Shown in pieces: positions 1 to 12,100 of a DNA stretch of 64,000 nucleotides (within the stretch, counting starts at the first letter, position 1; every line of letters starts with the position of its first letter). Below the pieces are notes generated by a model. The model worked only from the letters and a program-made list of their open reading frames with translations, had not been told where the DNA came from and searched no databases. The DNA comes from Cyanophora paradoxa CCMP329 (lineage: Eukaryota > Plantae > Glaucophyta). The stretch covers positions 835,310 through 899,309 of the forward strand of contig QPMI01000017.1 in NCBI GenBank assembly GCA_004431415.1, given 5' to 3'. The position numbers and the translations under genes were made by a program.

Positions 1-1404
1 CCAATCCCCGACCCGATCGCCTGTACCCCCTGAGGTTCCACTGCAGATCGTGGAGTTTCTAGAGGCGGCGGCTGTGAGCCCGCGCGTCAACCGGGCCGGG
101 GTACAGGTACGAGCGACAGCTCCGGGCGGGGTACCGCCATCACGGAAGGCCTGAGGGGCCCCGGGTACAGATCCTGGTGCGGCCGAACCTATTGCAGGAG
201 CCGGGGGTACTGGAAGCCCTTCGCCGCTGTCCAGTCGCAACTGTCCGCCCCGCTTCGTTGGCCCTTCACCCCATCCTCGGGGGCAGCTGGCCCGCTCACC
301 GCGCCCGCCGCGCACGCAGGCTTCGTGACGTCACGCGCCGGGCGCCGGCCGCCGGCTCCGCGCCCCCTCGAGGAGCGGCACGGCGGCCCCGCGGCGTGGC
401 ATGCGACCCCAGTGACCACGAGCCTGGGCCGCGGCGTCTGCGCCGCGGGTTCAGCCCGCCGCTGGCTCGCAGCCTGGCTGCATCGGAACGGGCGCCCTCT
501 GTACTGAAGCGCACTGATGCGGCGCGGTTCTCGCGCTGTAAGCGGTACCCCGATGAGCGGTACCCCGATAGGCCATACCCTTCACGCGCCCCCCCCCCCC
601 CCCCCCCTCCTTCGAGCTCTGGAATACTAATCGAATTCGCAACTGTCTTTTTTTAATATAATGAGTATTTATCAAGAGATCTAGAGCTCACATCGTCACA
701 GGGTGTTCGAATTCGAAGCGAAGTCTCGGTTTAAGTTTGCGATTGCAATTGGGCGTGCGGTTTGGGGCATGCGCAAGAGGCTGGGAGTACCAAGCGGTAT
801 ATATTTCAATGATTCAAACAAAGAAGCTCAAGAGCGCTTATTAATTTGTAGTTATCTGTACATGCATTTGTGCAGCCTGCGAATGCGAAACCTGCACAAT
901 GCAAACGACTCTAGATCTCGGCGACAGTCACGAATTCGATAAGGTGCGAAAAGACACTTGCAACCTGCGTACACTATAGTCTAATTATAAACTGAAGCCG
1001 ATGAAGCGATTTGAGCATGAAGATGTATCGATATTCATATGCATGAATAAAAATCGTCATACGACGCAGACAAGACTCGATCAAGATCAATTGACGCGTT
1101 GCAAAACTAAAGAAATGTTACATAGCAACCGCAATTGCATATAAAGGATACAAAAATCAAATCAGGTATATCGACATCACTATAGATTCCGGTCCCTACG
1201 GACGATAAAAGGTTGAAAGCAGCTACAGCATGTATGTGCGCGGGTTCGATGTTCGAATTCGGGCGGCGCGCCAAAAGACGGGGCGGGCGCACAGACGTCC
1301 GGGTTCCGCGACCACGAGGGTATCTAGATCTTCCAGAAATAGAGCTGCGCAGCTGCAGGGCGCCCGGCCGACGACCGCGAGCCGCGCCGGGCCGCGCGTC
1401 GGGG

Positions 1405-3160
1405 CTAGACGGCGAGGTGCTTGAGGAGGCGGCTCTGGAGGACGGAGATCTGGCCGAGGCTCGCCAGCTCGATCGGCTCGGGGGGCGTGTACTGGACGCC
1501 CAGCGAGGGCCGGAACGAGACGCAGAGCCAGCGGGGCCCCTCGCTCGTGGTCATGCGCTTGAGGAAGCCCGTCGTGAGGCCGGTGCGGATGGCCCCGAGC
1601 GGCGTCGCCCACTTGACGACGAGCACGGCGATCTCCATCTTGCCGGGGACCGTCTCCGGCGGGCTGGCCACCGTGTACAGCCGCGGCTTCATCACGGGCA
1701 GCAGGTCCACGAGGTGCGCCAGCGGCGGCTTCGTGCTCGGGAACGAGCGGAAGATGTCGGCGTACGTCGCCGCCTCCTGCACGAGGCACGAGAAGACGTA
1801 GCGGCCGCGCGGCGAGCGGCTCCCGATGGACATCAGCGTCTCCTTCTCCTTGGGGTCCTTGGCGAACTTGGCGACGGCCTTGTAGAAGCGCGCCGTCGGG
1901 CGTCCGAAGACGTCGAGCACGTCGGTGAAGAGCTGGTGGACGCTGGTGCCGGGCGGGATCTTGGGCTTGAGGAGCTTCTTGGGGGCCTTCTTGCCCTCCT
2001 CCGTGAGGGTCAGCTCGACGGTCTGGGCCCCCGTCAGGCCCATGAACTTGAGGAAGCTCGAGACCGCCGCCGGGTCGTTCCGCTGCGCCGCCCCGCCGCG
2101 CCGGCCGCGTCAGCCGGCCGCCGCCGCGGGCTGGCGCGGGGGGGAGCAGCGCAGCGCAGAGCAAGCAGCGGCCGCACCGGGTAGACGCCGACGGCGTCGT
2201 GGGCCGAGTAGCGGATGTTGGCGTCCTTCACGTCGAGCTGCGCGCCCCGCGCCGGTCAGCGCGGTGTGGCGCGGCGTGGCGAAGCGGGCGGGGCGGGGCG
2301 GTGCGCACGAGGAGGTAGAGGGCCTGGCGCGGGTGCTTGGGCGGCGTGATCACTGCGCGCGCGGGGCGTCGGCGTCGGCGTTGTCGGGCGCGACCGACGG
2401 CGCGGGGCCCCGGCGGGCGCACGGGAGTTGTAGGAGAGGCGGATGTACTGGGCGGACGGGTCGGTGGGGATCGGCTTGTAGTCGGGGTGGTTGAGGGCGG
2501 CGTCGCAGAGGGTCGGCTTGCCGTTGAAGGTCGTCGGGCCGGTCTTGACGGTGTAGCAGGCGGGGGGCGGGAGGGCGTCCTCCGGGGGCGAGGGGAGGCG
2601 GAGGACGTCCCAGAGCTCCGTCTGCCAGACGTCGAGGCCCGTCTCGAAGCCGTCGTCCGCCTGATTGTCCCCCACGCCCCGCTCCAGGAAGCGCGAGGCG
2701 CCCAGCTCCTCCAGCCGCATGTCGAACTTGCGCGCCGCCTCGCAGAACTGCTTGTACGCCGAGTCGCCCAGGCCGAAGACCGTGTAGTGCACCGACGCCA
2801 GGAAGTCGAGGGGCAGGTCCGGGCTCGACAGCTCCTCCCACAGCTGCTTGATGTTCTGCGCGCGTGCACACGCGACACGACCCATCAGCCAAGAAAGCGG
2901 CGCGCAGCCTCTCTTTAATCGGATATAAAGTGCAGTGGCTGTGTGGGGCCCCCGCGCACGTCGGGGAAGTCGCCGGTGCCGGCGGTGGAGACGACGACGA
3001 TGAGGAACTTGGTGTCCAGCAGCGAGTCGGCCGAGACGTCGTCCCCCTCAAAGCACTGGCACCGGTCCGCGTCCACCCCGCAGCGGATCAGCTCCTGCCG
3101 CAGGTGCTTCGCCACGTTCTCCGCGTTGCCCGTCTCCGACCCGTACACGATCGTCACCTC
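1405..3160 (-). other. Flavodoxin + FAD-binding module (diflavin reductase-like, C-terminally truncated) of the hydrogenase fusion
   Basis: IVYGSETGNAE, STAGTGDFP, VFGLGDSAYKQFC, HDAVGVYPRND, PRLYTVAS, GLTTGFL. A stop follows about 50 aa later. Confidence 0.85.
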
Positions 3161-6100
3161 CTCGGGGGGCAGCCGCACGCGGATCTTGAAGCCCGACTGC
3201 AGCTTGTGGAAGTCCCCGGCGAGCTTCTTCATGTCCGCCGCCTTGGTCTGCACCCCGGCCGCGCTCCCCGCCGAGTCGTCCTTGCGGCTCGTCACCCCCG
3301 TCCGCGCCGTCGCGCCGCCGCCCTTGTCGTCGTCCCCGTCCTGCTTCTTTCCGACGTAGTACGTGTGCAGCAGCCGGTGCGACTCCTCGCTGCGCCCCCC
3401 CCGAATGGTCAGCGACGGGCCGGGCGTCGCGCGGGAAGGCTCGCGCGGGGGCGTTGGCGCGCGCGCCTGAGGGGCTTCTTGAGGAACTCCTCGTACAGGA
3501 TCTGAACCTGGCGGTTCTTGTGCGACTCGCGCACGACGGAGCGCTCGTCCGTGGTGTACATGTTCGCGTGCCGCTTCTTGATGATCTCCGGGTCCGACGA
3601 GCGCGGCTGCCCGGGGCCCCCGCTGCACCCCCCGTTGCACATCATGATCTCTGCGAGCGCCGCCGTCAGCGCCGCCCCGCGCGGGCCCCGCGCGCCGCGC
3701 CGCGCCCGAGCGAGCGAGGGGCGCGGACCGACGAAGTGGAAGTTGCAGTGCTTGGCGCGGGCCTGCTCGAGGATGCTCTGCACGTTGGCCGTCCCGTGCA
3801 CGACGCAGGCCTTGAGGTCGACGCCGCCCGGCAGCTTCACCGTCGCCTCCTTCACCGTGTTCAGCCCGCGCACCGCCTCGAAGTTCAGGTTCTGCGCGCG
3901 GCGGACGGTCGGCGCAGGGCGGGCGGGCGGGCGGGCGCCGCCGGTCGCGCACGGGGAGGTCGGGGACGGCCTGCCCCGTCTTCTCCTCGTGCTGCTGCTT
4001 CATGAGGGCGTAGCCCGTGCGCAGCGCCGCCTCCATCACGCCCCCCGTGCTGCCGAAGATGACGCCGGCGCCCGAGCCCGAGCCCAGGAAGCTCGAGAAC
4101 TCGGCCTTGTCGCCCTTGCCGTCGAACATGTCCCACCGGATGTCCTTCGCCTTGAAGAGGGCGCCCAGCTCGCGCGTCGTCAGCACGATGTCCGTGTCGG
4201 GCGCGCCGTTGCGCTGCAGCTGCGGCCGCTGCGCCTCGACCTTCTTCACCGTGCACGGCATGAGCGACGCGAGCAGCAGGTCGCCCGTCTTGAGGCCGCT
4301 CTTCTCGGCGAAGAGCGTCTTGATGAGCGCCGAGCTCATCGACATGGGCGACTTGCACGACGAGAGGTGCTTCAGGAGGTCGGGGTACTCCTCCTCCGCC
4401 ATCTGCATCCACCCCGCGCTGCGCGGCCGCCGTCGGCGCCGGCGGCGCCGCGGCGCGACGGGAGCGGCGCGCCGCACCAGCAGCTCGTGAACATGGGGAA
4501 GGGCCCGCCCTTCTTGACGCGCTCGATCAGCTCCGACGCCTCCTCCATGATCGTCACGTCTGCCGCAGAGCGCAGGTCGAAGACTGCTCGGGGAGGCGCG
4601 CGGTCAGCCCAACGCGGCGGGGCAGCGACGGCAGAGGGCCGGGGCGCGCCGTGGTCGAATCCGGCGTAGTGGAGGGCCTGCACGATCTTGCCGACGGAGA
4701 TGGCGCCCGGCTCCATGTCGAACTCCTCCGAGATGGAGACGAAGGTCGAGGGGGCGATCTGGCAGCACACGACCTTGCGCTCCGGCGTGCCCCGCGGCAC
4801 GTCCAGCGCCAGCAGCGTCGTCAGCACCGCGCCCTTCACGCCCGGGTACAGGCTCGACGTCACCGGCGCCTTCTTCACGACGGCCTTGACCTCCTCCGAC
4901 GGCACCGCCGACGTGGCGGACGTGGCCGAGGTGCCTGAGGCGCCCGAGGGCGGCGACGGCGACATGGAGATCGGGCTCGGGAAGCTCGAGTTGGACTCCT
5001 TGCGCGCGCCCATGCCCAGGCCCCCCACGCCGAACCCGCTCATGCCGAGGCCCCCGACGCCGAACCCGGTCCCCTGGCTGCTCACGCTCTGCGGAGACAC
5101 GAGCTTCGACACGCTCATGCCGTTCACGACCGAGTAGGACGACTGGTTCGACACGCTCCCGCCGGGCGTCAGGCGCAACGCGGCCAGCAGCCCGTCCTTC
5201 CACGTCGCCTGCGCGGTACCGGCGGAGTCAGCCGTCGCCCCCATCGGGAGATGGCGCTAACGCCGTCGGTCCCGTCGGGAGATGGCGCGTTTCACGCACC
5301 CACGCCGCCTCCGCGCCGCCGGGCGCCGCCTGGTCGCCCGACCCGCGCTCCACGAGCCGCTTGCAGCCGAGCTCCGCGAGCCGCTCGTCGACCTTCTTGG
5401 CGGCCTCGCAGTACTTCTTGTAGCCCTTGTCGCCCACGCCGAACACGGCGTAGCGCACCCCCTCGAACTCGCTCCCCGCCGACGCCTCCTCCAGCGACTC
5501 CCAGAGCGACTTCATGTTCTGCGCGCACCCGTCAGAGCCGAGCGGCGCGCGGTGCCGGTGGCGGCGCGGGCCTCGGGGAAGTCGCCGGCGCCGGCGGTGC
5601 TGGTGACGAAGACGATGTGGCTCGAGCTCGCGACCGTCTCGGCCGTGCACTCCTCCGCGTCCATCAGCTGCAGGCGCGGGTCGTCAGCGGTCGCCGCGCT
5701 ACACGCGTCGCCGCCCTGGGCACCTTGACGGTGGACGGGCTCATCCCGTTGGCGACGAGCGCGGCGACGGTCTTCTTCGCCAGGCCCTCCGACTTGCCCG
5801 TCTCCGACCCCCACACGACAACCACCTGCAGCGGATGCGCAGTCAGCCGCGCGAGCTGTATTCTCAACGACGACGCCGGTTTCGTTGCGCGTAACGCAAC
5901 GAATAAATAGTTCGGGTTTGCAAATTGGGTCTCTAACGAGAATGGCGCGAAATCCACGCTGAAGTATCTTGGTTTCGATGTAAACTAACAACTAAAATAG
6001 CTCTGTGTAGCGACATTGCCCGCGTTCAACGCTATGGATGATTTGGCTTTAAATCCGGTCGTTATCGAGAGAGGTCAACGCTCTAGATTGGGTTCGTTGT

Positions 6101-9100
6101 AACGAAATGCCCGACAAAGTTGCGCGCGACAAAGCACCTCTTTCGGGACAGGGGCTGTGCTCTCGAACGAAGCGGGTTTTGCGGCCGATGTCGGCGCCGT
6201 CGCCGGCACCGGGGACGCGGATGGCGCCGCTGCTGCGGCAGAGGAGCCTGCTGCCGAACGGGGCCCTCCTTGCAAACTCGACAGCAGTCCGTCCTTCCAC
6301 GTCGCCTGCCGTGGCGCGAAGGCGTAAGACGTCGCCCCCATCGGACGTAAACCGAACGTTTCACGCACCCACGCCGCCTCCGCGCCGCCGGGCGCCGCCT
6401 GGTCGCCCGACCCGCGCTCCACGAGCCGCTTGCAGCCGAGCTCCGCGAGCCGCTCGTCGACCTTCTTGGCGGCCTCGCAGTACTTCTTGTAGCCCTTGTC
6501 GCCCACGCCGAACACGGCGTAGCGCACCCCCTCGAACTCGCTCCCCGCCGACGCCTCCTCCAGCGACTCCCAGAGCGACTTCATGTTCTGCGCGCACCCG
6601 TCAGAGCCGAGCGGCGCGCGGCGCGGGCGGCGGCGCGGGCGGCGGGGCGGGCCTCGGGGAAGTCGCCGGCGCCGGCGGTGCTGGTGACGAAGACGATGTG
6701 GCTCGAGCTCGCGACCGTTTCGGCCGTGCACTCCTCCGCGTCCATCAGCTGCGGGCAGAGCTCGATTCGGGCGACGGCAGGTCATCGGGGCACATCAATG
6801 CACCGTCGCGGTCATTCCAGCTGCATCGATCGCAGCGGCCGTCTTCTTCGCCAGGCCCTCCGACTTGCCCGTTTCTGATCCCCACACGACGAGTACCTAC
6901 GGCGGAAACGCGATGAGCGGCGTTCACGCTCTGCGTTGGCACGTTCTTGGCTGCGTGTAAAGCTATGGAAAACCCGGCTCCTAAATCGGGTCGCTGTGGA
7001 AAGAAATGGGAAAATTCGACAATGTAGATCGGTTCCGATGCAGAAACAAACAACCGAAAACGTTGCCCGGCCGGGTTTGACGGCACGCTCCCACGCAAAT
7101 GGCAAAGGGTACGGACCTCACGCGCGGCGGCGCCGGGCTGGCCCCCGGCGGCAGAGAAGGACACGGATCGCGTCGGGGTGACGCGCGCGAAGGCCGAGTT
7201 GAAGCCCGCCGGCTCCTTGATGGTGGGCAGGGATCCGGTGCCAGAAGACGTCGTGGGGCGGGAAAAGTTCATCGAGCCGGACGAGGATGCCATCTTCGAC
7301 GAGGGCGGCCGCGGCGCCTGCGGCTCGGGCACCAGCGAGATTTCCCACACGGGATCGCCGTCCAGCTCCCCGACATTGGCGATGATGTTGGCGGCCGTCG
7401 CCGGCGTGTGTGCACGCGCATCCCGGTCCAGCTCGGCGACGACCGCCGACCAGGGCGGGTGCAGGTCCTTGCCCTTGAGGGCCTGCTTCTCGGCCGCCGG
7501 CAGGTAGTGCGTGTGCAGCAGCTCGTGCGACTTGTGGCTGAGCGGCTTCCCCAGCTCCGTCTCGTACAGGATCTGCACCTGCCGGTTCTTGTGCGACTCC
7601 CGCAGCACCGACCGCTCGTCCGCGTTGTACAGCGCCGCCGCCCGCTTCTGCAGGATCTCCGGGTCCTGCGAGCGCGGCTGGCCCGCCCCGTTCATGCACC
7701 CTCCCTCGCACATCATGATCTCTGCACGCGCGCGCGGGCCGCGCCGTCAGCGCCGCCCCGCACGGGCCCCGCGCGCCGCGCCGCGCCGCACCGACGAAGT
7801 GGTAGGGGAGCTTGCCGGCCTTGGCGTCGTCGAGGGTGCGGGTGACGTTGGCGGCGCCGTGGACGACGCAGGCCTTGAGCTCGATGTCGCCGGGCAGCCT
7901 GAGGGTCGCCTCCTTGACGCCCTGCAGGCCCCGCACCGCCGTGATGTTCAGGTCCTTCAGGTCGGGGATGCCGCGGGCGCCCTGCGCCTCCTGCGCCTGC
8001 TTGAGGAGCGCGTAGCCCGTGCGCAGCGCCGCCTCCATCACGCCGCCCGTCACCCCGAAGATGGCGCCGGCGCCCGTCCCCGACCCCAGCAGGCTCGCGA
8101 ACTCCGCCGTCTCGCCGCGCCCGTCGAACATGTCCCAGCGCACCCCCTTCGCCTTCAGCAGGGCCCCCAGCTCCTTCGTCGTCAGCACGAAGTCCGTGTC
8201 TTGCACCCCGCCGTGCTTCAGCTGCGGCCGCTGCGCCTCCGTCTTCTTCACCGTGCACGGCATCAGCCCCGTCATCACGACCTCCTCCGGCCGCAGCCCG
8301 CTCCGCGCCGCGAAGACCCCCTTCACCAGCGCCGCGCTCATCGACATCGGCGACTTGCACGTCGAGAGGTTCTTCAGCAGCTCCGGGTAGTCGTCCTCCG
8401 CCATCTGCATCCAGCTCGCGCTGCACCCGGCCGGGGCCCCGTCACGCCCCGCCGCCCCCGCCCCGCCCCGCCAGGCGCCGCTCCGCCGCACCAGCAGCTC
8501 GTGAACATGGGGAAGGGTCCGCCCTTCTTGACGCGCTCGATCAGCTCCGACGCCTCCTCCATGATCGTCACGTCCGACGACGCCCGCAGGTCGAACACTG
8601 CGCCCCGCCGTCGGCCCCGCGCATCGCCGTCGGCCCCGCGCCCCGCGCACCGTGGTCGAAGCCGATGTGGTGCAGCGCCTGCACGATCATCCCCGGCGTG
8701 ACCGACCCCGGCGGCATGTCGAACTCCTCGCACACCGACACGAACACCGACGGCGCGATCTGCCCCGGCCCCGCCGTCGGCCCAAGCCTGCCCCGACCAG
8801 CGCGCCCCGCCCCAGCGGACCTGGCAGCACTGCGTCTTGCGGCCGGGGGCGCCCCGCGGGACGTCCAGCGCCTGCGCCACCGCCAGCACCTCCTTCTTGA
8901 GACCCGGATACGCCTTCGGGGGCCCCGCCGGCACGAGCGCGACCGGCGCCGCAGTCGGCGCCGGCGCCGCGTGGCCGTTGCCGTTCGCGTGGCCGTTGCC
9001 GCCCCCGTGCGCGTCGAGCTCGGCGACGACCGCCGACCAGGGCGGGTGCAGGTCCTTGCCCTTGAGGGCCTGCTTCTCGGCCGCCGGCAGGTAGTGCGTG

Positions 9101-12100
9101 TGCAGCAGCTCGTGCGACTTGTGGCTGAGCGGCTTCCCCAGCTCCGTCTCGTACAGGATCTGCACCTGCCGGTTCTTGTGCGACTCCCGCAGCACCGACC
9201 GCTCGTCCGCGCTGTACAGCGCCGCCGCCCGCTTCTGCAGGATCTCCGGGTCCTGCGAGCGCGGCTGGCCCGCCCCGTTCATGCACCCTCCCTCGCACAT
9301 CATGATCTCTGCGCGCGCGCGCGGGCCGCGCCGTCAGCGCCGCCCCGCACGGGCCCCGCGCGCCGCGCCGCGCCGCACCGACGAAGTGGTAGGGGAGCTT
9401 GCCGGCCTTGGCGTCGTCGAGGGTGCGGGTGACGTTGGCGGCGCCGTGGACGACGCAGGCCTTGAGCTCGATGTCGCCGGGCAGCCTGAGGGTCGCCTCC
9501 TTGACGCCCTGCAGGCCCCGCACCGCCGTGATGTTCAGGTCCTTCAGGTCGGGGATGCCGCGGGCGCCCTGCGCCTCCTGCGCCTGCTTGAGGAGCGCGT
9601 AGCCCGTGCGCAGCGCCGCCTCCATCACGCCGCCCGTCACCCCGAAGATGGCGCCGGCGCCCGTCCCCGACCCCAGCAGGCTCGCGAACTCCGCCGTCTC
9701 CCCGCGCCCGTCGAACATGTCCCAGCGCACCCCCTTCGCCTTCAGCAGCGCCCCCAGCTCCTTCGTCGTCAGCACGAAGTCCGTGTCTTGCACCCCGCCG
9801 TGCTTCAGCTGCGGCCGCTGCGCCTCCGTCTTCTTCACCGTGCACGGCATCAGCCCCGTCATCACGACCTCCTCCGGCCGCAGCCCGCTCCGCGCCGCGA
9901 AGACCCCCTTCACCAGCGCCGCGCTCATCGACATCGGCGACTTGCACGTCGAGAGGTTCTTCAGCAGCTCCGGGTAGTCGTCCTCCGCCATCTGCATCCA
10001 GCTCGCGCTGCACCCGGCCGGGGCCCCGTCACGCCCCGCCGCCCCCGCCCCGCCCCGCCAGGCGCCGCTCCGCCGCACCAGCAGCTCGTGAACATGGGGA
10101 AGGGCCCGCCCTTCTTGACGCGCTCGATCAGCTCCGACGCCTCCTCCATGATCGTCACGTCCGACGAGGCCCGCAGGTCGAACACTGCGCCCCGCCGTCG
10201 GCCCCGCGCACCGCCGTCGGCCCCGCGCCCCGCGCACCGTGGTCGAAGCCGATGTGGTGCAGCGCCTGCACGATCATCCCCGGCGTGACCGACCCCGGCG
10301 GCATGTCGAACTCCTCGCACACCGACACGAACACCGACGGCGCGATCTGCCCCGGCCCCGCCGTCGGCCCAAGCCTGCCCCGACCAGCGCGCCCCGCCCC
10401 AGCGGACCTGGCAGCACTGCGTCTTGCGGCCGGGGGCGCCCCGCGGGACGTCCAGCGCCTGCGCCACCGCCAGCACCTCCTTCTTGAGGCCCGGATACGC
10501 CTTCGGGGGCCCCGCCGGCACGAGCGCGAGCGGCGCCGCTGCCGGTGCCGGCGCCGCGTGGCCGTTGCCGTTCGCGTGGCCGTTGCCGCCCCCGTGCGCG
10601 TCGAGCTCGGCGACGACTGCCGACCAGGGCGGGTGCAGGTCCTTGCCCTTGAGGGCCTGCTTCTCGGCCGCCGGCAGGTAGTGCGTGTGCAGCAGCTCGT
10701 GCGACTTGTGGCTGAGCGGCTTCCCCAGCTCCGTCTCGTACAGGATCTGCACCTGCCGGTTCTTGTGCGACTCCCGCAGCACCGACCGCTCGTCCGCGTT
10801 GTACAGCGCCGCCGCCCGCTTCTGCAGGATCTCCGGGTCCTGCGAGCGCGGCTGGCCCGCCCCGTTCATGCACCCTCCCTCGCACATCATGATCTCTGCG
10901 CGCGCGCGCGAGCCGCGCCGTCAGCGCCGCCCCGCACGGGCCCCGCGCGCCGCGCCGCGCCGCACCGACGAAGTGGTAGGGGAGCTTGCCGGCCTTGGCG
11001 TCGTCGAGGGTGCGGGTGACGTTGGCGGCGCCGTGGACGACGCAGGCCTTGAGCTCGATGTCGCCGGGCAGCCGGAGGGTCGCCTCCTTGACGCCCTGCA
11101 GGCCCCGCACCGCCGTGATGTTCAGGTCCTTCAGGTCGGGGATGCCGCGGGCGCCCTGCGCCTCCTGCGCCTGCTTGAGGAGCGCGTAGCCCGTGCGCAG
11201 CGCCGCCTCCATCACGCCGCCCGTCACCCCGAAGATGGCGCCGGCGCCCGTCCCCGACCCCAGCAGGCTCGCGAACTCCGCCGTCTCCCCGCGCCCGTCG
11301 AACATGTCCCAGCGCACCCCCTTCGCCTTCAGCAGCGCCCCCAGCTCCTTCGTCGTCAGCACGAAGTCCGTGTCTTGCACCCCGCCGTGCTTCAGCTGCG
11401 GCCGCTGCGCCTCCGTCTTCTTCACCGTGCACGGCATCAGCCCCGTCATCACGACCTCCTCCGGCCGCAGCCCGCTCCGCGCCGCGAAGACCCCCTTCAC
11501 CAGCGCCGCGCTCATCGACATCGGCGACTTGCACGTCGAGAGGTTCTTCAGCAGCTCCGGGTAGTCGTCCTCCGCCATCTGCATCCAGCTCGCGCTGCAC
11601 CCGGCCGGGGCCCCGTCAGGCCCCGCCGCACCGCCCCGCCCCGCCAGGCCCCGCCCCGCCGCACCAGCAGCTCGTGAACATGGGGAAGGGCCCGCCCTTC
11701 TTGACGCGCTCGATCAGCTCCGACGCCTCCTCCATGATCGTCACGTCCGACGAGGCCCGCAGGTCGAACACTGCGCCCCGCCGTCGGCCCCGCGCCCCGC
11801 CGTCGGCCCCGCGCCCCGCGCACCGTGGTCGAAGCCGATGTGGTGCAGCGCCTGCACGATCATCCCTGGCGTGACCGACCCCGGCGGCATGTCGAACTCC
11901 TCGCACACCGACACGAACACCGACGGCGCGATCTGCCCCGGCCCCGCCGTCGGCCCAAGCCTGCCCCGACCGGCGCGCCCCGCCCCAGCGGACCTGGCAG
12001 CACTGCGTCTTGCGGCCGGGGGCGCCCCGCGGGACGTCCAGCGCCTGCGCCACCGCCAGCACCTCCTTCTTGAGGCCCGGATACGCCTTCGGGGGCCCCG

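Noticed and set aside
1-1200. ORFs 177-656 and 703-942 as genes or as the missing NAD(P)-binding exons
   Set aside because: No recognisable motifs and non-ATG starts. The region looks intergenic or belongs to a feature outside the window.
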